64,000 nucleotides of DNA from Myxococcales bacterium (GTDB lineage Bacteria > Myxococcota_A > Polyangia > Polyangiales > Polyangiaceae): the NCBI GenBank assembly GCA_043747615.1, contig JAYTOU010000038.1, positions 1 to 64,000 of the forward strand. Direction: 5' to 3'. Each line of letters opens with the position of its first letter. The first letter of the stretch is position 1. Shown piece by piece: positions 49,822 to 59,916 of this stretch. Under the pieces are notes generated by a model. The model did no database searches and was not told the origin of the DNA. It saw only the letters and a program-made list of their open reading frames with translations. Made by a program: the position numbers and the translations under genes.

Positions 49822-51390
49822 ATGTGGACAGTTGGCTGGCGCGACGAGGTCTTCGGACGACTGAACGAGGAGTGGGACCTCATCATCATCGGCGGCGGCA
49901 TCACCGGTGCGGGCATTCTCGGCGAGGCCACACGGCAGGGGAAAAAAGCGCTTCTCATCGAAGCCCAAGATTTTTCCTCGGGCACGTCCAGCCGATCGAC
50001 CAAGCTCGTTCACGGTGGTCTTCGCTATCTGAGGCAAGGCCAGTTTCTCGTGACGCGCAAGAGCGTGCGCGAGCGGGAGCGCCTGATGCGGGAGGCGCGC
50101 GGGCTGGTGGACAACCTCGCCTTCTCACTCGCGGTCTTCCCGGGCGATCAGATGCCCAAGTGGATGTACGGCACCGGCCTCGCCATGTACGACGCTCTCG
50201 CCTGGAAGTGGGCACACGAAGCGCAGTCACGAGAGGAGTTCATCACCCGCCTCCCCTCGAGCGCGGGCTCGAAGGTGACTGGCGGCTACCGCTACTTCGA
50301 CGCCCAGACCGATGACTCGCGCCTCGTCATCCGTGTGCTCCGCGAGGCCGTGCGCCTAGGCGGTACCGCCATCAACTACGCAAAGGCGGACTCACTCCTT
50401 CGGGACGAACGAGGTCGCGTGCGAGGAGTGGTGGTGCGAGACACCGAGTCCGGCGCATCTCGCACCGCCGAGGTTCAGGCAAAGGTCGTCATCAACGCCA
50501 CCGGCGCCTGGGCCGACGAGCTCCGAGAGCAGCTCGGGCAAAAGAAGCGCTTGCGTAGAATACGCGGCAGCCACCTGACCTTCACCCAGGCCCGCCTGCC
50601 GCTCAGTGAAGCGGTCAGCCTTCTTCACCCGCGTGACAGTCGCGCGGTATTCGCCGTCCCTTGGGAAGGCGTCACCATCTTCGGCACGACCGACATCGAT
50701 CACGGGGACTTGCGCGAAGAGCCGACGATCAGCGAGTCCGAGACGGGCTACCTGCTCGAGGCGGCGAAGAAGGTATTTCCGTCGCTCGCGCTCACCGAGA
50801 AGGACGTCATCTCCACCTGGTCAGGAGTGCGCCCGGTCATCGACACCGGTAAAAGCGATCCGTCGAAAGAGTCGCGCGAGCACGCCATCTGGAAGGAGAA
50901 CGGCCTCTTTACGATTACCGGAGGGAAGCTCACCACCTTTGCGGTGATGGCGCGCGACGTGCTCGAAGCGGCACGCGAGCAACTCGGCGACGTGAAGGAT
51001 CGCACACGCGTTTTCGAAGAGGTCGACGAGGATTCGATCCGCTGGCCCGATTCGGTCGACGAGGCCATGCGCGTGCGTCTCATCGGTCGGTACGGGCGTG
51101 AAGCTTCGATCATCGCCGCCGACAAAAATGGAGCGCGCTCGATCGGCGGATCCATCGTTCTCTGGAGCGAGCTCCGGCAAGCAGCACGCGCAGAAGGCGT
51201 CGTCACACTTTCCGACCTGCTCTTGCGACGCGCGCGCATCGGGATCCTTCTGCCCGAGGGAGGGATGACCATGATGAAAGAGCTGCGCGCCGTTGCCCAA
51301 CCAGAGCTCGGCTGGGACGACGCTAAGTGGGATCGCGAAGAAGCCGACTACCGCCGAACGTGGAAGCGCGCGTACGGCGCGCCGACGTGA
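49822..51390 (+). CDS. glpD: FAD-dependent glycerol-3-phosphate dehydrogenase/oxidase
   Basis: IIGGGITGAG, GTSSRSTKLVHGGLRYL, NATGAW, GTTD, SREH, GGKLTT. Confidence 0.9.
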   Translation: MWTVGWRDEVFGRLNEEWDLIIIGGGITGAGILGEATRQGKKALLIEAQDFSSGTSSRSTKLVHGGLRYLRQGQFLVTRKSVRERERLMREARGLVDNLAFSLAVFPGDQMPKWMYGTGLAMYDALAWKWAHEAQSREEFITRLPSSAGSKVTGGYRYFDAQTDDSRLVIRVLREAVRLGGTAINYAKADSLLRDERGRVRGVVVRDTESGASRTAEVQAKVVINATGAWADELREQLGQKKRLRRIRGSHLTFTQARLPLSEAVSLLHPRDSRAVFAVPWEGVTIFGTTDIDHGDLREEPTISESETGYLLEAAKKVFPSLALTEKDVISTWSGVRPVIDTGKSDPSKESREHAIWKENGLFTITGGKLTTFAVMARDVLEAAREQLGDVKDRTRVFEEVDEDSIRWPDSVDEAMRVRLIGRYGREASIIAADKNGARSIGGSIVLWSELRQAARAEGVVTLSDLLLRRARIGILLPEGGMTMMKELRAVAQPELGWDDAKWDREEADYRRTWKRAYGAPT

Positions 51391-52286
51391 CCCCCAGACC
51401 GAGCATTCGCTACGACGCGAAGCGCGCGGGGTGGCCGATGGTGCGCGCGCGCGGTCAGATCCGCGAGCTCGGCGGAGACGTTTACTTCGCCCTGGTCACG
51501 CGCCCTTTCTGGCAGTTCGTGATCGTCGTCTGCGCTCTCGTCCTGGTGATCAACACGCTTTTTGCTTTCCTCTATCTCCTCGATTCCGGGGGGATCTCCA
51601 ACGCGCGCCCCGGCTCGTTCGAAGACGCGTTTTTCTTCAGCGTGCAGACCTTGGCCACCATCGGGTACGGCACGATGGCCCCCCAGACACGCTTCACGCA
51701 CGTGCTCGTCACGGTGGAATCAATCCTCGGCGTCATCGCCGTGGGTAGCCTCGCGGGGGTCGCTTTTGCACGTCTGTCCCGCCCGCAAGCTCGGGTCGTC
51801 TTCTCGAACAAGTTGGTGATTCGAAACCGAAACGGCGTCCCGCATCTTCAACTCCGCGTCGCCAACTGGCGCACGAACCTGATCGTCGACGCGAGCGTGC
51901 GCATCTATCTGCTCATTGCCGAGAAGACGACCGAAGGGGAGAGCATGCGCGTGCCTCTCGACTTGAAGCTCGTGCGCGACTCGTCACCGGTCTTCTTCCT
52001 GACGTGGACCATCATGCACGCCATCGACGAGCAGAGCCCGTTGTACAGCGAGGAGGTCGTTGAGCAGCTGCGCGCGAGCGGCACCCAAATGTTCGTAATG
52101 CTCACCGGCTACGATCAGACGCTCGGCCAACACGTGCACGCCTCCGCCAACTACAAGCTCGACGACATCGTGCGGAGCGCTCGTTTTTGCGATGTCCTCG
52201 ATGTGGACGTCGACGGCACCCGTCTGCTCGATTTCAGCCGCTTTCACGACGTCGAGCCCGATCAGCCGAGCCCGCCGGCGGAGTGA
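51387..52286 (+). CDS. Inward-rectifier K+ channel (KirBac-like)
   Basis: AFFFSVQTLATIGYG selectivity filter, two TMs, cytoplasmic HAIDEQSPL domain; GTGA overlap with glpD. Confidence 0.9.
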   Translation: MTPRPSIRYDAKRAGWPMVRARGQIRELGGDVYFALVTRPFWQFVIVVCALVLVINTLFAFLYLLDSGGISNARPGSFEDAFFFSVQTLATIGYGTMAPQTRFTHVLVTVESILGVIAVGSLAGVAFARLSRPQARVVFSNKLVIRNRNGVPHLQLRVANWRTNLIVDASVRIYLLIAEKTTEGESMRVPLDLKLVRDSSPVFFLTWTIMHAIDEQSPLYSEEVVEQLRASGTQMFVMLTGYDQTLGQHVHASANYKLDDIVRSARFCDVLDVDVDGTRLLDFSRFHDVEPDQPSPPAE

Positions 52287-52289
52287 TCT

Positions 52290-52520
52290 TCACGGCGTCG
52301 GGTCGCCTCGGAGAAGCCCTTCGTCGACGGTGATCGACTGGCCGCCGACCTCGACGACGTCGCCAATCTGCAGCTTTCGTCCACGGCGTTTGTCGACCTC
52401 ACCGTTTACCTTTACCTCGCCGCCCTGGACCATCGTCTTGGCCTGCCCGCCAGTCGACGCGGCTCCCTGAAGCTTGAGCAGCTGATCGAGGCGGATCGTT
52501 TTTTTTTCGGTCGGGTCCAT
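52290..52520 (-). CDS. RNA-binding S4-domain protein (YbcJ/YaaA-like)
   Basis: IRLDQLLK...TGGQAK...V.VNGE...RGRKL..GD. Confidence 0.9.
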   Translation of the reverse strand: MDPTEKKTIRLDQLLKLQGAASTGGQAKTMVQGGEVKVNGEVDKRRGRKLQIGDVVEVGGQSITVDEGLLRGDPTP

Positions 52521-52533
52521 CGTCGTGAGCTCG

Positions 52534-53964
52534 CTAGTGTTTTGTTGTCGTCGAGCTTGGCGCGCTCGTCGGCGGCGCGTGGCGGTGAAGCGCGCTGTTC
52601 TTCAGGGAGACACCGACGAACACCACGCCGAGTAGGAAAAGCACCATCAACAGGATCATGAGTCGCGGAAGCCAGGGCTCGGACGGCTTGAACTGACGAT
52701 TCGTGGTGATGCTCGAGAAGTCTGAAAAGTCGCGGGTGGCGGCGCCAGGCATGACGGGTTGGTGCACGTACGGTTGCGCATGCTGCTGCAGGAGTGGCTG
52801 CATCTGCGGTGACCCGGGCGGTTGAAGGAAACGCTGCGTCGCGGCCGGCAAGCCGGCGGCCGGAGGGAGCGGCACGTTGCGAGACTGGGCCTCGCGCATC
52901 GCAGCAAACTGAGATTCGTTGATCGTGGGCGCCGCGCTCACCGGGTCTTCCCCTTCGTTGCTCTCTTCGGGAGCAATCGCGGCGGCGACCCCGGCGAACT
53001 CGGTTGCGGTGATGTCGCGATTGAAGCCCACGGACGAAGGAGCAGGGCGATCGACCGACGTCGGCGTCGCTGGGCGCTGGATGACGACGCCCACCTCGAG
53101 CGACTGAGCGGCGGTGAGGGGGTACGCTTCACGAAGGGCAGCCTGCATCTCCCGCGCGCTTCCCCAGCGGTGCGAGCGATCGAGCGCGAGCGAGCGATCA
53201 ATCACCTCGACCACCGAACGTGGAACGTTGGGGGCGGCCTGCGAGAGCGAACGCGCAGGCACCGAAGCGATCACCTGCAGGTACTCGTGGAGCGTCCCCG
53301 ACTTGTGGACGGGTTCATTGGTGAGAAGAGTGAAGGCCGTCGCGCCGACCGACCACAAATCGGATCGCGGATCGACCGCGCCGCTGTTGCCGCTCGCCTG
53401 CTCGGGGGACATGAAATCCGGCGTTCCCAGGATGAGGCCTGCGCGTGTTGGCATGCGCGAGCCGATCGTCTCGCTAATGCGCGCGAGACCGAAATCGAGC
53501 ACTTTCAGTCCGCCGTCTTTGGTGAGAAAGACGTTGTCCGGCTTCACGTCGCGATGGACGATCCCCTGAGCGTGGGCCGCGGCGAGAACGTCGAGCAGAC
53601 GGTCCATCGTCGGGATTACGTCGTCGAGGGGAAGCTTGCCGCCGAAGCGCATCGCCCGGGCCTCGAGCGTCTCTCCCTCCAGGAGCTCCATGACCAAAAA
53701 TACGGCGCCGTCTTCCATGACGTCGTCGTCGAGAATGCGCACCACGCCCGGGTGACGGATGGTGTTGGCGACGTAGCCTTCGCGCAGAAAACGAGCGCGA
53801 ATGTCAGCGTTTCCGGCGAGGTCACTGTGGAGGATCTTCACGGCAACGCGGTACCCGTTGCGATGTGTCGCGGCGTACACGGAGGCCGTCGAGCCGTCGC
53901 CGAGACGCGCATCGATCCTCCATTTTCCCTTGATGAGATGCCCGCTTCGCTCGAACGGTTCCAA
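52534..53964 (-). CDS. Membrane-anchored Ser/Thr protein kinase
   Basis: VAVK, HRDVKPDN, DFG, SPE; Pro/Gln linker and C-terminal TM. Confidence 0.93.
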   Translation of the reverse strand: MEPFERSGHLIKGKWRIDARLGDGSTASVYAATHRNGYRVAVKILHSDLAGNADIRARFLREGYVANTIRHPGVVRILDDDVMEDGAVFLVMELLEGETLEARAMRFGGKLPLDDVIPTMDRLLDVLAAAHAQGIVHRDVKPDNVFLTKDGGLKVLDFGLARISETIGSRMPTRAGLILGTPDFMSPEQASGNSGAVDPRSDLWSVGATAFTLLTNEPVHKSGTLHEYLQVIASVPARSLSQAAPNVPRSVVEVIDRSLALDRSHRWGSAREMQAALREAYPLTAAQSLEVGVVIQRPATPTSVDRPAPSSVGFNRDITATEFAGVAAAIAPEESNEGEDPVSAAPTINESQFAAMREAQSRNVPLPPAAGLPAATQRFLQPPGSPQMQPLLQQHAQPYVHQPVMPGAATRDFSDFSSITTNRQFKPSEPWLPRLMILLMVLFLLGVVFVGVSLKNSALHRHAPPTSAPSSTTTKH

Positions 53965-53997
53965 TGTCGCTAGACCGAAATTAGCACGTGCGCCCGC

Positions 53998-55062
53998 CTA
54001 GTCGTCGGAATCGTCGGTCAGATCCATCACACGCTGCTCGAGCCCGCGCCCCTTGGTGACGTGGCTGATGCGGGCCTGGTTGTTCAGGAGGACCCACAGA
54101 GTTGCCCCGATGACCGACTCGGCGTCCGTTGCCCCCCGCTCGAAATACACCACGAGCTCGCGGCGCTCGTCGTCCCAGTCGACGCGTTTCACGAGGGCCA
54201 GCTCGCGCAGAGGAACGAGCGGAACGGGCCCGAGGCCGAGCTTGATATGCACCTCCTCGGACGACGCGGTGAGCTCGGAGATGGTCCCAGCGGCAACGAG
54301 CTTTCCGCGATCGAGGATGGCGGCGGCGTCGCAGATCTCCTCGAGCTCTTGGAGATTGTGGCTGGAGACCACGAGCGTGCAGCGCCCCTTGCGGCTCTTG
54401 ATCAGCTGGCGGACTTCGTACGCGCTGCGCGGATCGAGGCCGCTCGTCGGCTCGTCGAGGAGGACCACTTCCGGCTCCCCGAGAAGCGCCTGGGCGAGCT
54501 GTACGCGCTTGGCCATGCCGTGCGAAAGCGCAGAGCAGCGCACCTTCCACCAGTCTTTGCCTCCGACCTCTTCGAGCACGGCGCGCGAAAGCGTTTCCGC
54601 TTTTTCTCGGGGGATCCCCTGGAGGCGGGCCATGTGCACCAGAAACTCGCCGACGCTGTCCGAAGGGGGAAGCATCGCGTCCTGGGGGAGCACGCCGACC
54701 CGCGATTTCAGCTGCGTGACTTGGGTGGGCGCGAAGCCGAGGACTTCGAGCGTTCCGTGGGTCGGCTTGAGGAATCCGGCCATCATGGAGAACGTGGTCG
54801 TCTTCCCTGCCCCGTTCGGACCGATGAGGCCATACACCGTGCCCTTTTCGATCTCCAACGTGACGTCGTCGACCGCAAGCTTCTCGCCGAACTTCTTCGT
54901 GAGCTTGCGAAGCCGGATCGCCGCCTCAAGCGATGATTTTTTCTTCTTCTTTTTCTTGGGGGCGTCGCCGTCGACTCTCGGGTCCCCCAGCGCTTCGATT
55001 ACTGCCTCGACGGGAGCGGAGTCTTTTGCTTCGTCGTCTTTCGTGGCTAATTCGTCGGTCAT
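53998..55062 (-). CDS. ABC transporter ATP-binding protein
   Basis: GPNGAGKTT, LSHGM signature, LLDEPTSGLD, SSH. Confidence 0.93.
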   Translation of the reverse strand: MTDELATKDDEAKDSAPVEAVIEALGDPRVDGDAPKKKKKKKSSLEAAIRLRKLTKKFGEKLAVDDVTLEIEKGTVYGLIGPNGAGKTTTFSMMAGFLKPTHGTLEVLGFAPTQVTQLKSRVGVLPQDAMLPPSDSVGEFLVHMARLQGIPREKAETLSRAVLEEVGGKDWWKVRCSALSHGMAKRVQLAQALLGEPEVVLLDEPTSGLDPRSAYEVRQLIKSRKGRCTLVVSSHNLQELEEICDAAAILDRGKLVAAGTISELTASSEEVHIKLGLGPVPLVPLRELALVKRVDWDDERRELVVYFERGATDAESVIGATLWVLLNNQARISHVTKGRGLEQRVMDLTDDSDD

Positions 55063-55063
55063 C

Positions 55064-55894
55064 TCACACGTCCCTTCGAGAGAAGAGAAACGCTCCGAGC
55101 GCCGTGGCCACAAGGGCAAACGACGCGCAGGCTGCAACTCCATAGGCCGCGTGGTCGAGCTTCGGCGACAGGAGCCAGGCGTCGTAGCTATTCGGATACA
55201 GCCACGTCAGCCAGCGGATCTCTCCGACCTCGCCGACGGCGTCCATGATCCACAGCACGAAGAATGAGGCGCACGTCATGAGAAAGGCGATGATCGGCGT
55301 GCGAAATTGAGACGACACGAGCTGCGCGAGCCCCGACCAGGCGGCGATGATCGGCAGCGTCACGATCCAGAAACGAAAGCCCCACGTGAAAATGTAGGCC
55401 GGGTCGGCGCCGCCCCGCGAGAGGGTGACGCCCCACACGAGAGCGTGCATGAGGAGCGTGATCGAAGCCACGACCACGAAGAGCCCGAAGACTTTTGCCG
55501 TGTAGTAGGCCGCGCGGCGCGATCGCACCGCCCAGTAGCGAACGCTTCGGTGTTGAAGCTCGCCCGAGATGGAGTCGAAGCCGATGATGGCGATGAGCAG
55601 CGGCACGAGCCACACCGTCAGAAGGAGCATCCCCAGTAGGACCGGGGGCGCATCTGCGAGGTAGTGACCCATCACCTCGTCGCCGTACTTCTTCGTGAGA
55701 GCGCCTTCTTGGAGCTCCTTCATCTGCGCCGCGGAGATTTTCCCCTCGTCGATCGCGCGCAGCTTCATGAGGAGAAGCGCGGTCGCGATTCCTCCCAGGA
55801 TGGAGATGGCGACGATGACCAGGCCCTTCGCGCTGCGAAGATTTTTCCGAATCTCGCGGCCCGCGATCAGCCAAATTTCTTCTAGCGCATGCAT
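55064..55894 (-). CDS. ABC-2 type permease
   Basis: About 6 TMs, D.ISGE...RS motif, adjacent to the ATPase. Confidence 0.85.
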   Translation of the reverse strand: MHALEEIWLIAGREIRKNLRSAKGLVIVAISILGGIATALLLMKLRAIDEGKISAAQMKELQEGALTKKYGDEVMGHYLADAPPVLLGMLLLTVWLVPLLIAIIGFDSISGELQHRSVRYWAVRSRRAAYYTAKVFGLFVVVASITLLMHALVWGVTLSRGGADPAYIFTWGFRFWIVTLPIIAAWSGLAQLVSSQFRTPIIAFLMTCASFFVLWIMDAVGEVGEIRWLTWLYPNSYDAWLLSPKLDHAAYGVAACASFALVATALGAFLFSRRDV

Positions 55895-55953
55895 CGGGGA
55901 GGCACGGTAATCGGCCGCGCCGGTCTTCGGCAAGGTCGCGGCTCAAAATGAAA

Positions 55954-56032
55954 GGCCCCGTCACACCCTTCCACGCTACCGTTGCTCCCTCTCGGGCCTG
56001 GCGGGGTTCACGCTTCCGAAGTTGACAGGGCC
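55954..56032 (-). ncRNA. ffs: Signal recognition particle RNA (4.5S)
   Basis: Minus strand GGCCCTGTCA...GTGAACCCCGCCAGGCCCGAGAGGGAGCAACGGTAGC...TGACGGGGCC: helix-8 CAGG/AGCA symmetric loop, GNRA tetraloop, 10-bp closing stem, T-rich tail. Confidence 0.9.
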
Positions 56033-56456
56033 ATAAGGGCCGATGAAGCTGGCTGACCTGTGGCTTTAGACGCCCTCGCCACGAATGTCCATGCACAGCG
56101 CGATGGACGGCTTTCAAGAGACGTGGTGTGACCCACAATCGAATTCCGGGGACATGCCCTGGCGCCGGGGAGAAAAGTCCGCTAAGCCCGAAGGTAGGGG
56201 TACGTGAGGTTCACCTCCCCGAAGTTTCTGGTCTCTCAAAGGTCTTACAAACCAAACGAGACTTTGTTTTTTTATCGCTGCGTGGACCAACCGCCCCGTT
56301 CTTTTCGGGCAAGTAAGCGCAGCGCGCCCCGTACAAGCCAGTGTTTTTCGCCCATTTTTTTAGATCGAGAGTCGCGTCGGCCCGGAAGAATCCAGCCAAG
56401 CACGCGTTCACCGGTCCGAGAGATGCGGTCTGCAGGGGCGGGAAAGTTTCAGCTTC

Positions 56457-58862
56457 ATGTCCAAGAATACTCTCGTTATCAGCGTCGATATCCGTGAAAC
56501 CCGCGTAGCTCTCATCGAAGGCGGAATCATCGCCGAGCTACACATCGAAAGGCGCGGCGGCGCGCACCAACACTCAGGAACGGTCGGGGACGTAGTCCTC
56601 GGGAAGGTCACCCGCGTCCTGCCCGGGCTCCAAGCCGCCTTTGTCGACATCGGGCAAGAGCGCGCCGCGTTCCTCCATGTCGAAGACCTCATTCGCCCGG
56701 ACGACTTCGACGCCTACCTGGCAGGCGGTCGAAAAGCGGCGCGCGAGGACACCGCCGCCCCCGTGGCCACCGGCGACGAAGAGCTCGACGAGGAAGCGGA
56801 AGCCATCGCCATCGCGTCGCCAGCGGAAGAGGCATCAGAGGAGACGCCCGAAGAGACCGCCGAAGACACCGCGGAAGAGGCAGTCGTCGATGGGCCGGAA
56901 GAGCGCACTTCCGAGCACGTCGACGCGAGCATGGCCAGTCTGCCGGACGTGGGCGATGCGCCCATGGCGGACGCGAGCGAAGACCTCGCGGAAGATGCTG
57001 GCGCGGCGGACGACGCGGACGACTCCGAGGACGACCTGGATTCCGTTCCGACCCAGCGGCGTCGCCCGAGTGGGTCGACCCCGATCGCCACCGCAGCCGC
57101 AGAGATGCCGTTGGAGGGGGTCGAGAGCGACCGACCGACACTCGAGTTCACTCGACCGAGCGAGACGCGCATCGAAGGCGGCGCATCGATTTCCCAGTCG
57201 GGAGAGCATCCCGTCGCAGATTCGCCTGGCGACATGGATCGCCCGCAAGCCCGCCAGTCGAATGACGGCGCCGAACCGCGTCGTCGCTCGGGGCGCGGTT
57301 CAGCCCGTGCGGCGTCTGAGCGCGTTGATAACCGCGCGCAGCAGGCCCGTCCGCTCCCCGAGCTTCCCGAGTTTCCGGACATGCCGGGCTTCACCATCAC
57401 CAACCCGGGCGAGCCCACGCCGCGAGCCGTTCCGCCGCCCCGCGCGGGTGGAAACGATCGAAGCGGTCGCCAGAGTGGCGGCGGCGGCGGCGGTCGCGGA
57501 CGATCGTCGCGCAGCCGCGGTCGTGGACGCGACGGTGGCGGTGGTGGCGGGCGCGACGGAGATCGCGGACGCAACCGCTCCAACAACGACGGCATCGATC
57601 GCGGCCCGCGTCGCAGCGGCGAGCGCAGCTCGGTCCCCAACCGCATCTCGAAATCCACGCCCATTCGCGACGTCGTTCGCGAAGGCCAGGAGATCATCGT
57701 TCAAGTCTCGAAGGATCCCATCGGAACCAAGGGAGCGCGCTGCACCAGCCATATTTCGCTCCCCGGGCGTTACGTCGTCTACCTGCCGACGGTCGATCAC
57801 ATCGGGATCTCCAAGCGCATCGGCTCAGAAAAAGAGCGTGCCCGCCTCCGCGAAGCCATCGAGGGGATGAAGCCGCCGAGCGGCGGTCTCATCGTGCGTA
57901 CCGTGGCCGAGGGGCTCACGAAGAAGCAGCTCAAAGCAGACGTCGGCTACCTCGTTCGTTTGTGGGGCGAGATCGCGAAGAAAAAAGAAGGAGCGAAGGC
58001 TCCGAATCTTTTGTCGAGCGAGCTCGATCTCGTTCTCAAGACGGCGCGCGATCTCTTCACCGACGAAGTTCACCAAGTGGTGATCGACGACAAGCACCAG
58101 TACGACCGCCTGTGCCGCTTCGTGGAGATGTTCGCTCCCGAGCGCGTGAAGGACATCATCTATTACTCGGGCGAAGAAGCCATTTTCGACGCCTACGGGA
58201 TCGAAGACGAAATCGGTCGGGCTCTGTCGCGCAAGGTGCCGCTCCCCTCGGGAGGTCACTTGGTGATCGATCAAGCCGAAGCCCTCACCGCCATCGACGT
58301 CAACACCGGTCGCTTCGTGGGCAAGGGCTCGAAGGACATGGAGGAGACGATCCTCAAGACGAACATGGAGGCCGTCCACGAGATCGCCTACCAGCTTCGT
58401 TTCCGGAACATCGGCGGGCTGATCATTCTCGATCTCATCGACATGGAGCGTCACTCCAACCGCGAAAAAGTCCGTCGCGCTCTCGAAGACGTTCTTCAGA
58501 AGGACAAAGCCAAGACCACGCTCAATCGCATCTCGGAGCTCGGGCTCATCGAGATGACGCGCAAGCGCACGCGCGAGAGCCTCGGCCGCCTCTTGAACGA
58601 GCCCTGTTTCTACTGCGACGGCACTGGCCAGCTCCAATCGAAGGAGACTGTGGCCTACGAAATCCTTCGCGAGATCCGGCGAAAGCGCGGAGACCTCCCG
58701 GGTTACACCGTCCTCGTCAACGCCCACCCGGCCGTCGCCGACATCCTGGTAGGGTCCGAGAAGGCCGCCCTCGCCGACGCGGAAAACAAGTACATGCGGA
58801 AGATCACCGTCATTCCCCGCAAGGAGTACCACCTCGAGCAATTCGACATCACCGGCAAATGA
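56457..58862 (+). CDS. Rne/Rng-family endoribonuclease with a large S1-domain insertion
   Basis: GKVTRVLPGLQAAFVDIG...(insert)...GQEIIVQVSKDPIGTKGAR, IDVNTG, LRFRNIGGLIILDLIDM, CFYC Zn-link; no C-terminal scaffold. Confidence 0.93.
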   Translation: MSKNTLVISVDIRETRVALIEGGIIAELHIERRGGAHQHSGTVGDVVLGKVTRVLPGLQAAFVDIGQERAAFLHVEDLIRPDDFDAYLAGGRKAAREDTAAPVATGDEELDEEAEAIAIASPAEEASEETPEETAEDTAEEAVVDGPEERTSEHVDASMASLPDVGDAPMADASEDLAEDAGAADDADDSEDDLDSVPTQRRRPSGSTPIATAAAEMPLEGVESDRPTLEFTRPSETRIEGGASISQSGEHPVADSPGDMDRPQARQSNDGAEPRRRSGRGSARAASERVDNRAQQARPLPELPEFPDMPGFTITNPGEPTPRAVPPPRAGGNDRSGRQSGGGGGGRGRSSRSRGRGRDGGGGGGRDGDRGRNRSNNDGIDRGPRRSGERSSVPNRISKSTPIRDVVREGQEIIVQVSKDPIGTKGARCTSHISLPGRYVVYLPTVDHIGISKRIGSEKERARLREAIEGMKPPSGGLIVRTVAEGLTKKQLKADVGYLVRLWGEIAKKKEGAKAPNLLSSELDLVLKTARDLFTDEVHQVVIDDKHQYDRLCRFVEMFAPERVKDIIYYSGEEAIFDAYGIEDEIGRALSRKVPLPSGGHLVIDQAEALTAIDVNTGRFVGKGSKDMEETILKTNMEAVHEIAYQLRFRNIGGLIILDLIDMERHSNREKVRRALEDVLQKDKAKTTLNRISELGLIEMTRKRTRESLGRLLNEPCFYCDGTGQLQSKETVAYEILREIRRKRGDLPGYTVLVNAHPAVADILVGSEKAALADAENKYMRKITVIPRKEYHLEQFDITGK

Positions 58863-58905
58863 ACCGACTCGGGCGCGGAGCTAGAGTCGAACACATCCAT
58901 CGAAG

Positions 58906-59244
58906 ATGAAACCGAGGAGCGCCGACATGGAAGAGGACAAGCGCCTTGGTGAACGGGTCACGATCAACAAAGAGTTCGAGTCGTTCGACGCGTTCATTCA
59001 AGAGTACGTCACGAACATTTCCGAGACGGGTGTGTTCATCAAGTCGGCCAGCGTGCTCCCCGTGGGCACCCGCGTGAACCTCCGCTTTACGGTCATCATG
59101 GATGACATCGAGACCATCGAGGGCATCGGCGAGGTCGTTCGCGTCGAGCACGATCCCCCCGGGATGGGCGTGGTTTTCCGCGAGCTCAACGCTTACTCGA
59201 AAAACCTCATCGAGAAGCTCTTGACCCAGCGCTCCCCGCGCTGA
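58906..59244 (+). CDS. PilZ-domain protein
   Basis: RLGER and NISETG motifs, GMGVVF; start may be 58927. Confidence 0.85.
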   Translation: MKPRSADMEEDKRLGERVTINKEFESFDAFIQEYVTNISETGVFIKSASVLPVGTRVNLRFTVIMDDIETIEGIGEVVRVEHDPPGMGVVFRELNAYSKNLIEKLLTQRSPR

Positions 59245-59327
59245 AGCGGCGCGCGATCGAAAGCTGATCACCTCATCCACGCGAGCGGTGTATCCTCCTC
59301 GACCCCCAAAATAGGAGATACCCGCAC

Positions 59328-59909
59328 ATGGCATTTACGCTTTCCCCGCTCCCGTACGACAAGGCCGCGCTCGCTCCCCACATCAGCGCCGAGACGCTCG
59401 AGTTCCACCACGGCAAGCATCACCAGGCTTACGTGACGAACTTGAACAAGCTCCTCGAAGGCAAGCCCGAGGCCGACAAGACGCTCGAAGAAATCATCAA
59501 GAGCTCTGAAGGGCCCGTCTTCAACAACGCGGCGCAGGTCTGGAATCACACGTTCTACTGGCAGTCGATGAAACCGAATGGTGGTGGTGCGCCCACGGGA
59601 GACCTGCTCGCAGCGATCACCCGTGACTTCGGGTCGGTGGAGAAGCTCACCGAGGAGATGACCAATGCGGCCGTGACCCAGTTCGGATCAGGCTGGGCTT
59701 GGCTGGTCGAGAACGGTGGGAAGCTCTCGGTCACCAAGACGGGCAACGCCGATCTGCCGCTCAAGCACGGGCACAAGGCGCTCCTCACGATCGACGTCTG
59801 GGAGCACGCCTATTACATCGACTACCGCAACGCGCGGCCGAAGTACGTGGAGACTTTCTTCAAGAGCCTCGCGAACTGGGACTTCGCGCTCGCGAACCTG
59901 AAAAAATAA
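59328..59909 (+). CDS. sodB: Superoxide dismutase (Fe/Mn family, Fe-type signature)
   Basis: HHGKHH, NNAAQVWNH, FGSGWAWL, DVWEHAYY; AGGAG RBS. Confidence 0.95.
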   Translation: MAFTLSPLPYDKAALAPHISAETLEFHHGKHHQAYVTNLNKLLEGKPEADKTLEEIIKSSEGPVFNNAAQVWNHTFYWQSMKPNGGGAPTGDLLAAITRDFGSVEKLTEEMTNAAVTQFGSGWAWLVENGGKLSVTKTGNADLPLKHGHKALLTIDVWEHAYYIDYRNARPKYVETFFKSLANWDFALANLKK

Positions 59910-59916
59910 CTCGACC

